From contig CAJJAP010000003.1 of NCBI GenBank assembly GCA_905182185.1, positions 14,813 through 78,812 on the forward strand: a DNA stretch of 64,000 nt. The letters are read 5' to 3'. Under the pieces are notes generated by a model, which saw only the letters and a program-made list of their open reading frames with translations, had not been told where the DNA came from and did no database searches. The stretch comes from an uncultured Candidatus Poseidoniales archaeon (GTDB lineage Archaea > Thermoplasmatota > Poseidoniia > Poseidoniales > Poseidoniaceae). Each line of letters starts with the position of its first letter. Within the stretch, counting starts at the first letter, position 1. A program made the position numbers and the translations under genes. This document shows, piece by piece, positions 31,201-40,258 of the stretch.

Positions 31201-31527
31201 ATGTGGTTATATGTTTCTGGCGGCTTCTTGTCGATAGTAGCACACCGAGATAGACCTGAATGTTTGCTCGTACGTGCCCGGCATCCTGACCATATCGGTG
31301 AACTCTTTCCTGATGTTGATATGACTATCATGCCGTCTGCAGACTATCCATTCCGTGTTGTTTTGAACCGAATGCTAGTTCAACGCGCAGTTGGACGATA
31401 TATCATGCAAATGGACTATGATAATTTCAAGAGCAGTGTTACCGATGATGACTACCACGATGCATGTATGTCAGTATGGAATACTATGTTCCTATATGGT
31501 GAGAATCATCGACAAGGAGGTCTTTGA
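31201..31527 (+). CDS. Small conserved-looking hypothetical protein of a bacterial/phage-like type
   Basis: MW...GFLSIV.HRD..LLVRAR...ADYPFR...DYDNFKSSV..YH...VW pattern; TGA/ATG abutting with RBS. Confidence 0.75.
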   Translation: MWLYVSGGFLSIVAHRDRPECLLVRARHPDHIGELFPDVDMTIMPSADYPFRVVLNRMLVQRAVGRYIMQMDYDNFKSSVTDDDYHDACMSVWNTMFLYGENHRQGGL

Positions 31528-32085
31528 ATGCGTAATAGCACCTCTCACCCCCTAAAGGTAAATTGGATCCCCATAGAAGGTGATAATGGCAGAATTGGAA
31601 TAACTCTCTGCCCAGGTAAGTATCAGCCAGTGTCATGGACAGGTGGTTGGGACCGGCAACTTTCTATTGATGTTGCAACTCTGGTAGAATTGAAAACTGA
31701 CCGCCTTATTAGTCTAATAACAGATGAAGATATGGAACTGTTACGCGTAACTGAACTTCCTCAAGTGATTACTGAACAAGGTATGGCTTGGGACCATCTG
31801 CCCCTTGAAGATACTACGGTCCCTACTAGAGCATGGTTAGAAGCAGCTAAACCGGTATTCAGTTCACTACTGACAAGTATTCCCGAAGGGGAGAATGTAG
31901 TGGTTCACTGTATGGGTGGATTGAGCCGTGCTGGAACTTTTATTTCGATTTACCTTTGGTTACGAGGTTCATCTATGAAAGATGCCATCTCAAGAGTTCG
32001 TACAGAAAGAGATTCCAGAGCAATTAACCTGGAGCAAGAGGATTTTTTGCATCGTCTTGAGCAAACTGGCTACAGCGTTGAGTAA
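31528..32085 (+). CDS. CDKN3-like / dual-specificity protein phosphatase
   Basis: Catalytic VHCMGGLSRAGT (HCx5R); N-terminal SHPL..GRIGITLCPGK; RBS GGAGG. Confidence 0.88.
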   Translation: MRNSTSHPLKVNWIPIEGDNGRIGITLCPGKYQPVSWTGGWDRQLSIDVATLVELKTDRLISLITDEDMELLRVTELPQVITEQGMAWDHLPLEDTTVPTRAWLEAAKPVFSSLLTSIPEGENVVVHCMGGLSRAGTFISIYLWLRGSSMKDAISRVRTERDSRAINLEQEDFLHRLEQTGYSVE

Positions 32086-32134
32086 TTTAAATAATGTGAC
32101 AAGTTCAATAAACTAAACCGATTTAAGGTTATTT

Positions 32135-33949
32135 ATGCAGACGCATGTTTCTTCTTGGGAAGAGCTTCCTGAAGGGGAATGGCTCGACAATGATGAAGAA
32201 GGAACTAATTGGTATCTTGCCAATGATGGAACTCATTGGCATTCGACAGAGAACGGTTTCACTGTATGGAAAGGGGATGAAACGGAATCTCAAGTTGGCG
32301 CCAAAGCATACGATGACGAAATGTATGATGGCGATGACGAAGACGATGAAGATGAAGAATTCACTCACACGCTTCCATCCCCGCGGATTGGTGTTGGTAC
32401 TGCACTTATTGGAATCGTTATTGCGCTTGCAGTCATTGGCTGGACCACAGGATTTGCAATACCAGCGAACGATGAAAATCTCGTCATGTATGGTGAAAAT
32501 AGTGCTGATTTCGTCAAAGAAAACCAAATTCTAATAGACGGTTTAGAGAACGTTCAAACCCTCAATACCCTAACTATTGTTTTGGCTGGAGGAATGGTGA
32601 TAGTTTCTGCTTTGAGTTTCTTCAGAAAATCACCATGGTGGGGCCTTTCAGTGGCTAATTTATCGCTCGTTACAGTTCTTATTATGGCGACCTACACTGC
32701 TTTTTCTGCGGAAAAAGAGTGGGTGGGAGCATGTAATCCACAAGTGGTGTATTGCTACCTAAGTATTATGCCCTCGCTAAGCGATATGGATGCAATATAT
32801 CCAGCGGTTTTGAGTGCTGTAGGTTTACTGATTATTGTCAACAATTCGTTTAAATCCTGGGCGGATTTTGATCCGGATGAGGAAGAAGAGAGGTTAAGTC
32901 TCTATCTTCTGTTCACCGACAAATCACTAAAACTGGGTTTCTTTCCAGCACTGACAGGTGTTTTGATGGCACTTTCTGTGTTGGCGTGGACCAGCTTTGT
33001 ATCAATACAGAATACTGGTAACACACTTGGTTCAACCGAATATGGAGCCTATTTGCCTGATGCCTTGGTCCCGATTTTGGAATCCATTCAAACGCTCAAT
33101 CAAATGGCTTTAGGTCTAGCCATTATTGTCTTGTTAATTTCTATTCTTACAGCAATCAAAAAAACACCTTGGTGGTTGCTACCTACATCATGTCTTTCTT
33201 TGATTTGTTTGCTTCTATTTACTGCCCAAAAAAGCACCACCTTGGACATGACCAATATCGTCATCCAAGATGCCTTTTATTCTGCTAGTTGCGGCCTCCT
33301 CGCCTTGGTAGTGATTGCAATAAGTACTGGCCGTACTCTAATGGATGCCGATTGGGAGGAATACGCTGATGTCAGTGATTCAATATCCTCTGATTACAGT
33401 ACCGGTAAAGATTTTGATTACTTTGACGATGAAGGAGACGACGAATGGCGCGGTAAAGTGAAAACTGTCGTTCTTTCAAGTATGCTTCTCCTCGCAGGGC
33501 TTGGAATATTTGCAACATATCAATACGCATCAGATGATCTATACAAAGGTCCTGAATTTCAAATCCGTGATGCTGTGGGTAATATTACCAATGAGTCAGA
33601 TGATGTTCTGGTTGTTGTCGACCTAGTGGATAGGTCGACAATGTATAGAATACACTTTCTCAACATTGAGATTCAAATCAATGAAGGAGAGTGGGTTCGA
33701 TGTGGATATGAACAGTTTGCCGATGCGCCCGGCAGTAGGTGCATCTTTGATTTCCTCGAAATCTTCGATGATAACAAGTTGACTGCTCAAGAAAGCATCA
33801 TGATTTCGGAATACGGAAACCTATGCAATGGTGAACCTGACGAGGTATGCAAAGTTACCGTAAAAATGACCTATGCTTACGATGAGCAAGAAGATTACGC
33901 TGGACCTCAGGTTTTGCCAGTTTTAAATGTTAACGCAGTATCTGAGTAG
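32135..33949 (+). CDS. Multi-pass membrane protein with Trp-rich N-terminal motif and internal duplication
   Basis: Two similar blocks (G.....G.......W....I ... Q.LN ... K.PWW); acidic linkers; Cys-containing C-terminal domain. Confidence 0.7.
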   Translation: MQTHVSSWEELPEGEWLDNDEEGTNWYLANDGTHWHSTENGFTVWKGDETESQVGAKAYDDEMYDGDDEDDEDEEFTHTLPSPRIGVGTALIGIVIALAVIGWTTGFAIPANDENLVMYGENSADFVKENQILIDGLENVQTLNTLTIVLAGGMVIVSALSFFRKSPWWGLSVANLSLVTVLIMATYTAFSAEKEWVGACNPQVVYCYLSIMPSLSDMDAIYPAVLSAVGLLIIVNNSFKSWADFDPDEEEERLSLYLLFTDKSLKLGFFPALTGVLMALSVLAWTSFVSIQNTGNTLGSTEYGAYLPDALVPILESIQTLNQMALGLAIIVLLISILTAIKKTPWWLLPTSCLSLICLLLFTAQKSTTLDMTNIVIQDAFYSASCGLLALVVIAISTGRTLMDADWEEYADVSDSISSDYSTGKDFDYFDDEGDDEWRGKVKTVVLSSMLLLAGLGIFATYQYASDDLYKGPEFQIRDAVGNITNESDDVLVVVDLVDRSTMYRIHFLNIEIQINEGEWVRCGYEQFADAPGSRCIFDFLEIFDDNKLTAQESIMISEYGNLCNGEPDEVCKVTVKMTYAYDEQEDYAGPQVLPVLNVNAVSE

Positions 33950-34010
33950 CCGATAAGTGAGTCAAATACCAAGGAAAGGACAATCTTTCTGCACGATATT
34001 TAGCAGGGAA

Positions 34011-34083
34011 TGGACGTTAGGGGATTTGAACCCCTGACATCTTCGTTGCAAACGAAGCACTCTTCCAACTGAGCTAAACGCCC
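34011..34083 (-). tRNA. tRNA-Ala(UGC)
   Basis: GGGCGTT/AACGTCC acceptor stem with G3:U70; CTTCG-TTTGCAA-CGAAG anticodon arm; GGTTCAAATCC. Confidence 0.95.
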
Positions 34084-34172
34084 CTGTAATTCAACCTGTG
34101 AGCGCTTCCCTTTTGAGCCTTCACATTCAACATAGTACTTTTAGCAGCACAATAATTGACAATTGTCAACTA

Positions 34173-35474
34173 TTAGACAAGATCAATGGTTGCATCTCTA
34201 TCCGGACCTACACCAATACTTGTGCAAGGAACTCCCATCAAAGACTCAAGTTTGGAGATATAATTCTGTGCTGCTGCTGGAAGTGCCTTGAACCCAATTC
34301 CATCAGAATTGGCCTTCTTTGCAATCTCCAACCATTCACTCAAAGAATGACCTGGGAATCCCGGCATTGAGATGTAAATCGGTTTGCATCTTGCGATTGC
34401 ACTTGCAGAAGATGGCATTTCTAGAATCTCTTTGCCATCTAATTCGTATGCTACACAGATTTTTATTTCTTCAAGTCCCCCTAAAACATCTAACTTTGTT
34501 AAGGCAATTCCTGTGAAACCATTGATTCGGTTAGCGTGGCGCATTACCACCATGTCAAACCAACCACAGCGTCTCTTTCGCCCTGTAGTTGTACCAAATT
34601 CGTGACCCACTGTACCGAGGTGGTCACCATCTTCATCTTCTAATTCAGTAGGCATTGCACCGTGACCAACTCGAGTGATATAGGCCTTAGTGATTCCAAT
34701 TACCTCGTTGACATGGCCAGGATGAATTCCAGCGCCATGTGAAGCATTTCCTCTTGATGTGACCGAGGAAGTGACAAAGGGATATGTTCCTTGGTCAATA
34801 TCCAATAAACAACCTTGGGCCCCTTCCAGAATAATGTGCTCGCCTAACTTCAGAGCATTGTCGATCATTAGACCAGTATTACCGATTGAACCATCGTAAT
34901 TATCCCAGATCCAGTTAACATCTGCACTCAATGATTCTTCGCTGACCCTCTCTTCGGAACCTGCTGCTTGAAGAGATGCATTCATTCTCGCTACAGTTGA
35001 GGTGATCCATTGAGCATCGTTAATGAGTTCACTGAGGTCTCCAAAACGAATACCGATTCTGTTGATTTTATCTGCATATGTTGGACCAATTCCTCTACCA
35101 GTAGTTCCAATCTTGCTGTCTAGGCTGTCCATGAATCTATGATATGGAAGGATAATGTGAGCCCTTTCACTGACATATAATCTGTCACCTCTTGGGTCTT
35201 CACCTGTCGAGTGTTTCCAATCGGTGAGTTCCTTATCGAGGACCCATGGGTCAACAACCATTCCATCTCCTAGAACAAGATTACACTCTTTTCGCGTAAT
35301 TCCACTTGGTAATAAATGGAACTTTAGCACTTGATCTCCTATGACAACTGTATGGCCTGCGTTATTGCCTCCTTGGAATCTTACAACCCAAGAAGCCTGT
35401 TCGGCAAGGCGGTCAACTAGCTTTCCTTTTCCTTCATCGCCCCATTGGGCACCTAGAATGACTGTTGCTGGCAT
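34173..35474 (-). CDS. purA: Adenylosuccinate synthetase
   Basis: GAQWGDEGKGK, QGGNNAGHT, IGTTGRGIGP, EGAQG, GTTTGRKRRCGW, LTKLDVL. Confidence 0.97.
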   Translation of the reverse strand: MPATVILGAQWGDEGKGKLVDRLAEQASWVVRFQGGNNAGHTVVIGDQVLKFHLLPSGITRKECNLVLGDGMVVDPWVLDKELTDWKHSTGEDPRGDRLYVSERAHIILPYHRFMDSLDSKIGTTGRGIGPTYADKINRIGIRFGDLSELINDAQWITSTVARMNASLQAAGSEERVSEESLSADVNWIWDNYDGSIGNTGLMIDNALKLGEHIILEGAQGCLLDIDQGTYPFVTSSVTSRGNASHGAGIHPGHVNEVIGITKAYITRVGHGAMPTELEDEDGDHLGTVGHEFGTTTGRKRRCGWFDMVVMRHANRINGFTGIALTKLDVLGGLEEIKICVAYELDGKEILEMPSSASAIARCKPIYISMPGFPGHSLSEWLEIAKKANSDGIGFKALPAAAQNYISKLESLMGVPCTSIGVGPDRDATIDLV

Positions 35475-35545
35475 TAGAGTCTCCTCAACTTGCGGGGAAG
35501 GCTGACCGTCTTTGAACTATATCCTTGTAATCTCTAGATTTTTGT

Positions 35546-35730
35546 GCTAAAAGTATCAATTATTTCTTGCTAAAAAAACGATTAATTATTACTGTAAACA
35601 AAAAATATAACCTTAGTTTATTAACTGTAGAACAAAGAAACTATTGTATTCGCTAAAAGTATATTTTAGGCCTAGATGGCTGTAAGCACATCATTATTGT
35701 TTAGAAAATCCAACGAGGAGTTTATATAAG
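35546..35730 (+). promoter_or_regulatory. AT-rich upstream region of tfb with repeated motifs and a TATA box
   Basis: GCTAAAAGTAT at 35546 and 35652; TTATT(A)ACTGTA(G)AACAAA twice; TTTATATAAG at 35721-35730. Confidence 0.55.
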
Positions 35731-35762
35731 GCGGCGTTTACTAGTTAACCAAGAGTTGAGAA

Positions 35763-36773
35763 GTGATGAGTCGAAAGCAAGTAAATATGGAACCTGTAAC
35801 TTCAAAGGGAAATCAATACCGCGAAGGTGCTGACTTAGAAAGTCCTACAAGGCGTACTTTAGAGGGCCATACTAGGCCTTGTGAGGAGTGTTTTGCAGTC
35901 GATTGGAATATGGACGATAACAGAGGCGAAATCGTCTGTAACTCCTGTGGTCTTGTTGCTGCAGAGAACGTGATCGACCCTGGTGCAGAATGGATTAATG
36001 GTGATAGTGGCCAAGACAAATCAAGAGTTGGCGCACCTTTGACCTATACTCTGGCCGATAGAGGATTAAACACGACTATTGATGTAAAAGATTTGAATTC
36101 AGGATCATCTGGAAGACTCAGCATGTCCAATCAAGCAAGACGCGATTGGAGAAGAAGAAGAGTTGTTGATGAAAGAAGTAAAACCAGAAAGAGTCGTGAA
36201 AGAAATTTGGTTAGAGCTAATCAATTTATCAGAGACAAATCCGGTTTACCACGGCCTTTACAAGAAGAAGTTGCCCGTATTTACAGGAAATTATCTACTG
36301 AGGGTTTCGTTACCGGTAGATCGATTGCTGGTGTTTCAGCAGCATGTACATATTTAGTTGCCAGGCAAGAAAACCTACCGAGGCAGATTTCACATATCGC
36401 TGAATCCTTCGACATCACTGAAAAGGAATTATCTCGTTTGATTAGGCAAGTTTCAAGAAAAATGAATATGCATAAAATCACTTCTCCCGACCAATTCTTC
36501 GACAAGTTCATCTCGGACTTACAACTACCCGCCAATATCCATATTCAAGTTAACAACCTTTGGAACATCATCAAGCCTCATGATGACATCTGGCAAGGAA
36601 AGAAACCGATGGGAGTCGCTGCTGCTTTGATCTACAAAGCATCCAATCAATCTATCAATCCAAGAACTCAATCTGAAGTATGTGCTGTTGCGAATATTTC
36701 CGAAGTCACATTACGTGGATTATTGCGCTTATTTGATGGTCTGCTTCAACAACTTGGCCATGAATCATTGTAA
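35763..36773 (+). CDS. tfb: Transcription initiation factor IIB (divergent paralog)
   Basis: Zn ribbon CEEC..GEIVCNSCGLV, IDPGAEW, SRVGAP, ERNL, GRSI, GKKPMGVAAALIY, RTQSEV. Confidence 0.92.
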   Translation: MMSRKQVNMEPVTSKGNQYREGADLESPTRRTLEGHTRPCEECFAVDWNMDDNRGEIVCNSCGLVAAENVIDPGAEWINGDSGQDKSRVGAPLTYTLADRGLNTTIDVKDLNSGSSGRLSMSNQARRDWRRRRVVDERSKTRKSRERNLVRANQFIRDKSGLPRPLQEEVARIYRKLSTEGFVTGRSIAGVSAACTYLVARQENLPRQISHIAESFDITEKELSRLIRQVSRKMNMHKITSPDQFFDKFISDLQLPANIHIQVNNLWNIIKPHDDIWQGKKPMGVAAALIYKASNQSINPRTQSEVCAVANISEVTLRGLLRLFDGLLQQLGHESL

Positions 36774-36828
36774 TAATTGAACATTTTCAGCAACAACCTT
36801 GATGAATCTAGGACTCGGAGACGGTAAT

Positions 36829-37107
36829 ATGGGATTCAAGGCCAATGCACGCAAACATCAGAAAAAATCTGGCGATGGGTCAAAGAAATCATCCTCTGCT
36901 GTAAAGGAAGGAGTTATTCCATGTGGCAAAAAATCTTGTGAAGGATTTGCCGACAAGGATATGGGAGGCCGCTCCCTCTCAATAGATAATGCAATTGAAA
37001 CATGGGGAGATGGTGGCTATACCGAAAGAAAAGGACGGGTACGAGTCTGTAAATCTTGCTACAAGTTATGGAAGAAAGATAACAAGTCTGATAAAGACAC
37101 ATATTGA
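36829..37107 (+). CDS. Small basic Zn-finger-like protein
   Basis: CGKKSC...CKSCYKLWKK; GGAGA upstream of ATG 36829. Confidence 0.65.
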   Translation: MGFKANARKHQKKSGDGSKKSSSAVKEGVIPCGKKSCEGFADKDMGGRSLSIDNAIETWGDGGYTERKGRVRVCKSCYKLWKKDNKSDKDTY

Positions 37108-37799
37108 GATTAATTTCACTTTCACTTTCACCAACAGGGTGGGAGAAAGAAAGTAGTACCTACGCCTTTCATTTCTGTTGTATGAATAATAGAATTGTAC
37201 TACGAAGCCTCGTCACATCCGATGGATGTTTGACAGCAATGGATGATGGGATAATCATCTGGAAACCGACCCTGGGCAGACGCCAACATACAAAGTTGGA
37301 ATCCTTAGCAACGGTCTTGTTGGCCTTCAAAAACATCAATAACAGCCTAGAGAGCATCATCGTAGGTGACAATTGTGGAGGAATTACTCATTTATCGATT
37401 CCTTGTCTTGAAGTGATTAACAAATTTAATCTTGAAGGTGAATCAATCCGTTCAATCTGCTCGGCCAGTGAAAGCACACACCGTTTGTTAGCTGCATGTC
37501 AGAGTGGCTCAATATGGATGGTCGGCGATCAAGTCCCTAGTAGGAAAATACATCTATTTCAGAACGAAGGCCCAATTACAAGTATTAGAGTCAGCCAAAA
37601 TGAAATTCATTTACAAAGTGGATGGCAACGCCGAGTGCTAGATTTCACTGGTCGTGAATTATCTTACCACGACATCTCTGATAAGTTCAAGAAAAAGGAA
37701 GAGATTAGAGCAATTAGAAGAGCCCGTTTATTGGAAGCAAAGAAAAATAATTCAAACTATCCTGCTGCGATAGCCCTAGATATTCCGGCTATTGCTTAA
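37104..37799 (+). CDS. Hypothetical protein, beta-propeller/WD40-like (likely start ~37182)
   Basis: Repeated short beta motifs (IIVGDNCGGI, IRSIC, LLAACQSGSIW, GPITSI). Confidence 0.5.
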   Translation: MRLISLSLSPTGWEKESSTYAFHFCCMNNRIVLRSLVTSDGCLTAMDDGIIIWKPTLGRRQHTKLESLATVLLAFKNINNSLESIIVGDNCGGITHLSIPCLEVINKFNLEGESIRSICSASESTHRLLAACQSGSIWMVGDQVPSRKIHLFQNEGPITSIRVSQNEIHLQSGWQRRVLDFTGRELSYHDISDKFKKKEEIRAIRRARLLEAKKNNSNYPAAIALDIPAIA

Positions 37800-38557
37800 G
37801 CGGACTCTTTTTCTTCCAGTGGCCAAGCAGTTCTCGGTGTCAACCATAATGTTGAACGTGCAGGTCTTGCCCATGTTGAAGGTGGATTCCCCCCCTCATC
37901 AATACAACTTTGATAGAATTCAAGATGGCGTTTTAGAACTTCAGCAACATGCTTCTTGCCTTTTATGGCCGGACCTTGCATGGGCACAATTGCTGAAAGT
38001 TTCATCAACATTATTTTCTTGATAGTATCTCTCAAATTCACTAGGTTTGCACCGGGTAAGTCCCATCTACATGGCCTGTCTGCACGTATCACGATTCCAC
38101 CCGCTACCAGTAGATTTTCTTGTGAAATATAATACGACATTCCATCGCTACTAATTCCATTGGTCAGTACTGCCTCCACTTCACAATCACCTAAAATAAA
38201 TATTTCACCATCGCTAACCGATGAGGTTTCAATCGATGGCATGTCTGATTCATAGCGATTAGCCCAAGTAGTGAAAAAGTCTCCCGTCTGCAATGCTGCT
38301 TGCCCTTCTTCATGAATATGAACGGGTGCATTAGCGAAGTATTGTGAGACATACTTCGACCCTCCTGCAAAAGGATAAAGGCGAGATGTAAGCAATATGC
38401 GATCTAACTTTTCATCGCCTAGGACTCCAATAATTCGCTCAACTTGTAACATTTGATACCATGAAGTTCCTACATCTATTAGGATGTTGCTCGCACTTCC
38501 TTTGACCAATACGATATTCGAATCGTGGTGAATTGCTGGCAGGCGGGTGATTCGCAT
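37796..38557 (-). CDS. MBL-fold protein with degenerate metal-binding motif
   Basis: SNIVLV, ILIDVGT, ILLTSRLYPFAGG (in place of THxHxDH), TNGISSDGMSY, PMQGP. Confidence 0.7.
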   Translation of the reverse strand: MRITRLPAIHHDSNIVLVKGSASNILIDVGTSWYQMLQVERIIGVLGDEKLDRILLTSRLYPFAGGSKYVSQYFANAPVHIHEEGQAALQTGDFFTTWANRYESDMPSIETSSVSDGEIFILGDCEVEAVLTNGISSDGMSYYISQENLLVAGGIVIRADRPCRWDLPGANLVNLRDTIKKIMLMKLSAIVPMQGPAIKGKKHVAEVLKRHLEFYQSCIDEGGNPPSTWARPARSTLWLTPRTAWPLEEKESA

Positions 38558-38698
38558 CAACCGGTGCTCAAGCCTCAAGTGCTTCAATTATGCGCAATCA
38601 AAAAACTCTTTGGCCTCAACAAAAACGAGCAACTCCGTATTGATTGTAAGGTATTACTGCGGGTTTTGATTAAATAGAGGAAGTGGGTCGCCGAATAC

Positions 38699-38848
38699 AT
38701 GGCACGATTCCCTGAAGCAGAAGCTCGCTTGCTTCACCGTAAAATCTGCATGAAGTGTAATGCCCGTAATGCTATGCGTGCAGTACGTTGCAGAAAGTGT
38801 AGTTACAAAGGTCTTCGATTGAAGAACGTTGAGCGCAAAGGTAGCTGA
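38699..38848 (+). CDS. rpl40e: 50S ribosomal protein L40e (missing from the ORF track because it is under 60 aa)
   Basis: Manual translation [49 protein letters not shown]. Confidence 0.95.
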   Translation: MARFPEAEARLLHRKICMKCNARNAMRAVRCRKCSYKGLRLKNVERKGS

Positions 38849-38915
38849 TTACCTTTTATCACTGACTATTTTTATCCGACAAAGAGCGCTAGCCTTATCA
38901 AAAGTAATTGGGCTT

Positions 38916-39914
38916 TCAAAGTCCAAGTAGTGGTAAAAATAGTGACATCGGGTCACCGATTAGAGCGAATGGTATTATCGCCGGGAAAAGGAATACCAAA
39001 AGTGGTAATTTGTAACTGACCCAAACCATTTCCACTCCGAGTTCTTGTAATGTTGAAACATGAGCAAGCAATTCTTCATCGCTTGGAGTTCTTGATGGCG
39101 CTCTAGTTCGATGATGCACTGAAGTAGTCCCATCTGGCATTTCGATGACAGATGATAGCAGCCAAACATGAGAACCAACAACTCCCTTGAGTGGCATCAT
39201 AGAGGCATGCCATGCCAATCTTAAATCCGATAATTTCTTGATATTACCGTTTGAAAGATTCTTAGCGAGAAGAATGAATGGTATTAGCAAGAAGATGAAA
39301 CCACCCCACATTAACAATGAAATCGCGGGTGGTAATGAAATGATAGAATCTACTGTTGCAGATGAGTAGGTAAGGGGTAGTGCGGACCAACTTGGGATTA
39401 GTATTGCAACCCACATTAGACACTTAGCATCTGCACCACCATGAATCAATCTAAGCCTCCAGGCCAAATCAATTATCAGAATTGATGCACCTACAGCCAA
39501 GGTTTTCCACCAAAGGGCCCCCAATGTGGTATCGTTGCCGACAAGAACTTCTAATGGCAAAGACTGTTGATACAAAATCGCACCACAAATGACACCTGTA
39601 AGACTCACCATATACCATGATGTGACTATCAGGTCGAGTTTTGAACCGCGTAGAAGGTCGTTCAAACTCGGTCTGCCGATTACCGACATACTAGCATAAG
39701 CAATTACTGCAGAAGCCGTCAAAAGTATTGTCCAATCTGCACCCTGTACCATTAGATCTAGAGCCCAAATAAAAATCGCTGGCTTAATCCAGACAATCCA
39801 GTGCTCATTTTTGACCCTTCTTTCTTTGTGATCCATCCAAGCAGCCCACCCCATTCCAAGCAACAAAACAAGCACTCTGGTCCAGCTAAGAATCACGTCA
39901 TCACTGATGGACAT
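38916..39914 (-). CDS. A24 family prepilin/prearchaellin peptidase (FlaK/PibD-like)
   Basis: AAWMDHKERRV, GGADAK (GxGD-type aspartyl protease), C-terminal VWVSYKLPLLVF. Confidence 0.85.
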   Translation of the reverse strand: MSISDDVILSWTRVLVLLLGMGWAAWMDHKERRVKNEHWIVWIKPAIFIWALDLMVQGADWTILLTASAVIAYASMSVIGRPSLNDLLRGSKLDLIVTSWYMVSLTGVICGAILYQQSLPLEVLVGNDTTLGALWWKTLAVGASILIIDLAWRLRLIHGGADAKCLMWVAILIPSWSALPLTYSSATVDSIISLPPAISLLMWGGFIFLLIPFILLAKNLSNGNIKKLSDLRLAWHASMMPLKGVVGSHVWLLSSVIEMPDGTTSVHHRTRAPSRTPSDEELLAHVSTLQELGVEMVWVSYKLPLLVFLFPAIIPFALIGDPMSLFLPLLGL

Positions 39915-39989
39915 ACTATGCGGATGGTGGCAATCACCTTAAAGACGGCCTTCATGGAGCAACCATTACCCCCCAATGGAGGACCTATC

Positions 39990-40256
39990 ATGGATATCGA
40001 AACAAGACTAACACAAGTGGCTTCGGTCATTAAGCAAATCGACGACCCTAAGGTTCCTCGCAACATCCGCCGACAAGCAAAAGAGACTTGTGATTTGTGG
40101 TTACTCAATAAATCAAAGAAACTTGATGTCCGCATTGCAATGTCACAATCAAAGTTGGAAGAACTTTACGAGGACCCAAATATCCCTCCAGAATTTGGAA
40201 CACTAATTCTAATGATTAATACTGAACTAGAAAAGATTCTAATCGAAGTACTGTGA
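39990..40256 (+). CDS. UPF0147 family protein
   Basis: DPKVPRNIRRQA...LEELYEDPNIP; GGAGG before ATG 39990. Confidence 0.85.
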   Translation: MDIETRLTQVASVIKQIDDPKVPRNIRRQAKETCDLWLLNKSKKLDVRIAMSQSKLEELYEDPNIPPEFGTLILMINTELEKILIEVL

Positions 40257-40258
40257 CA

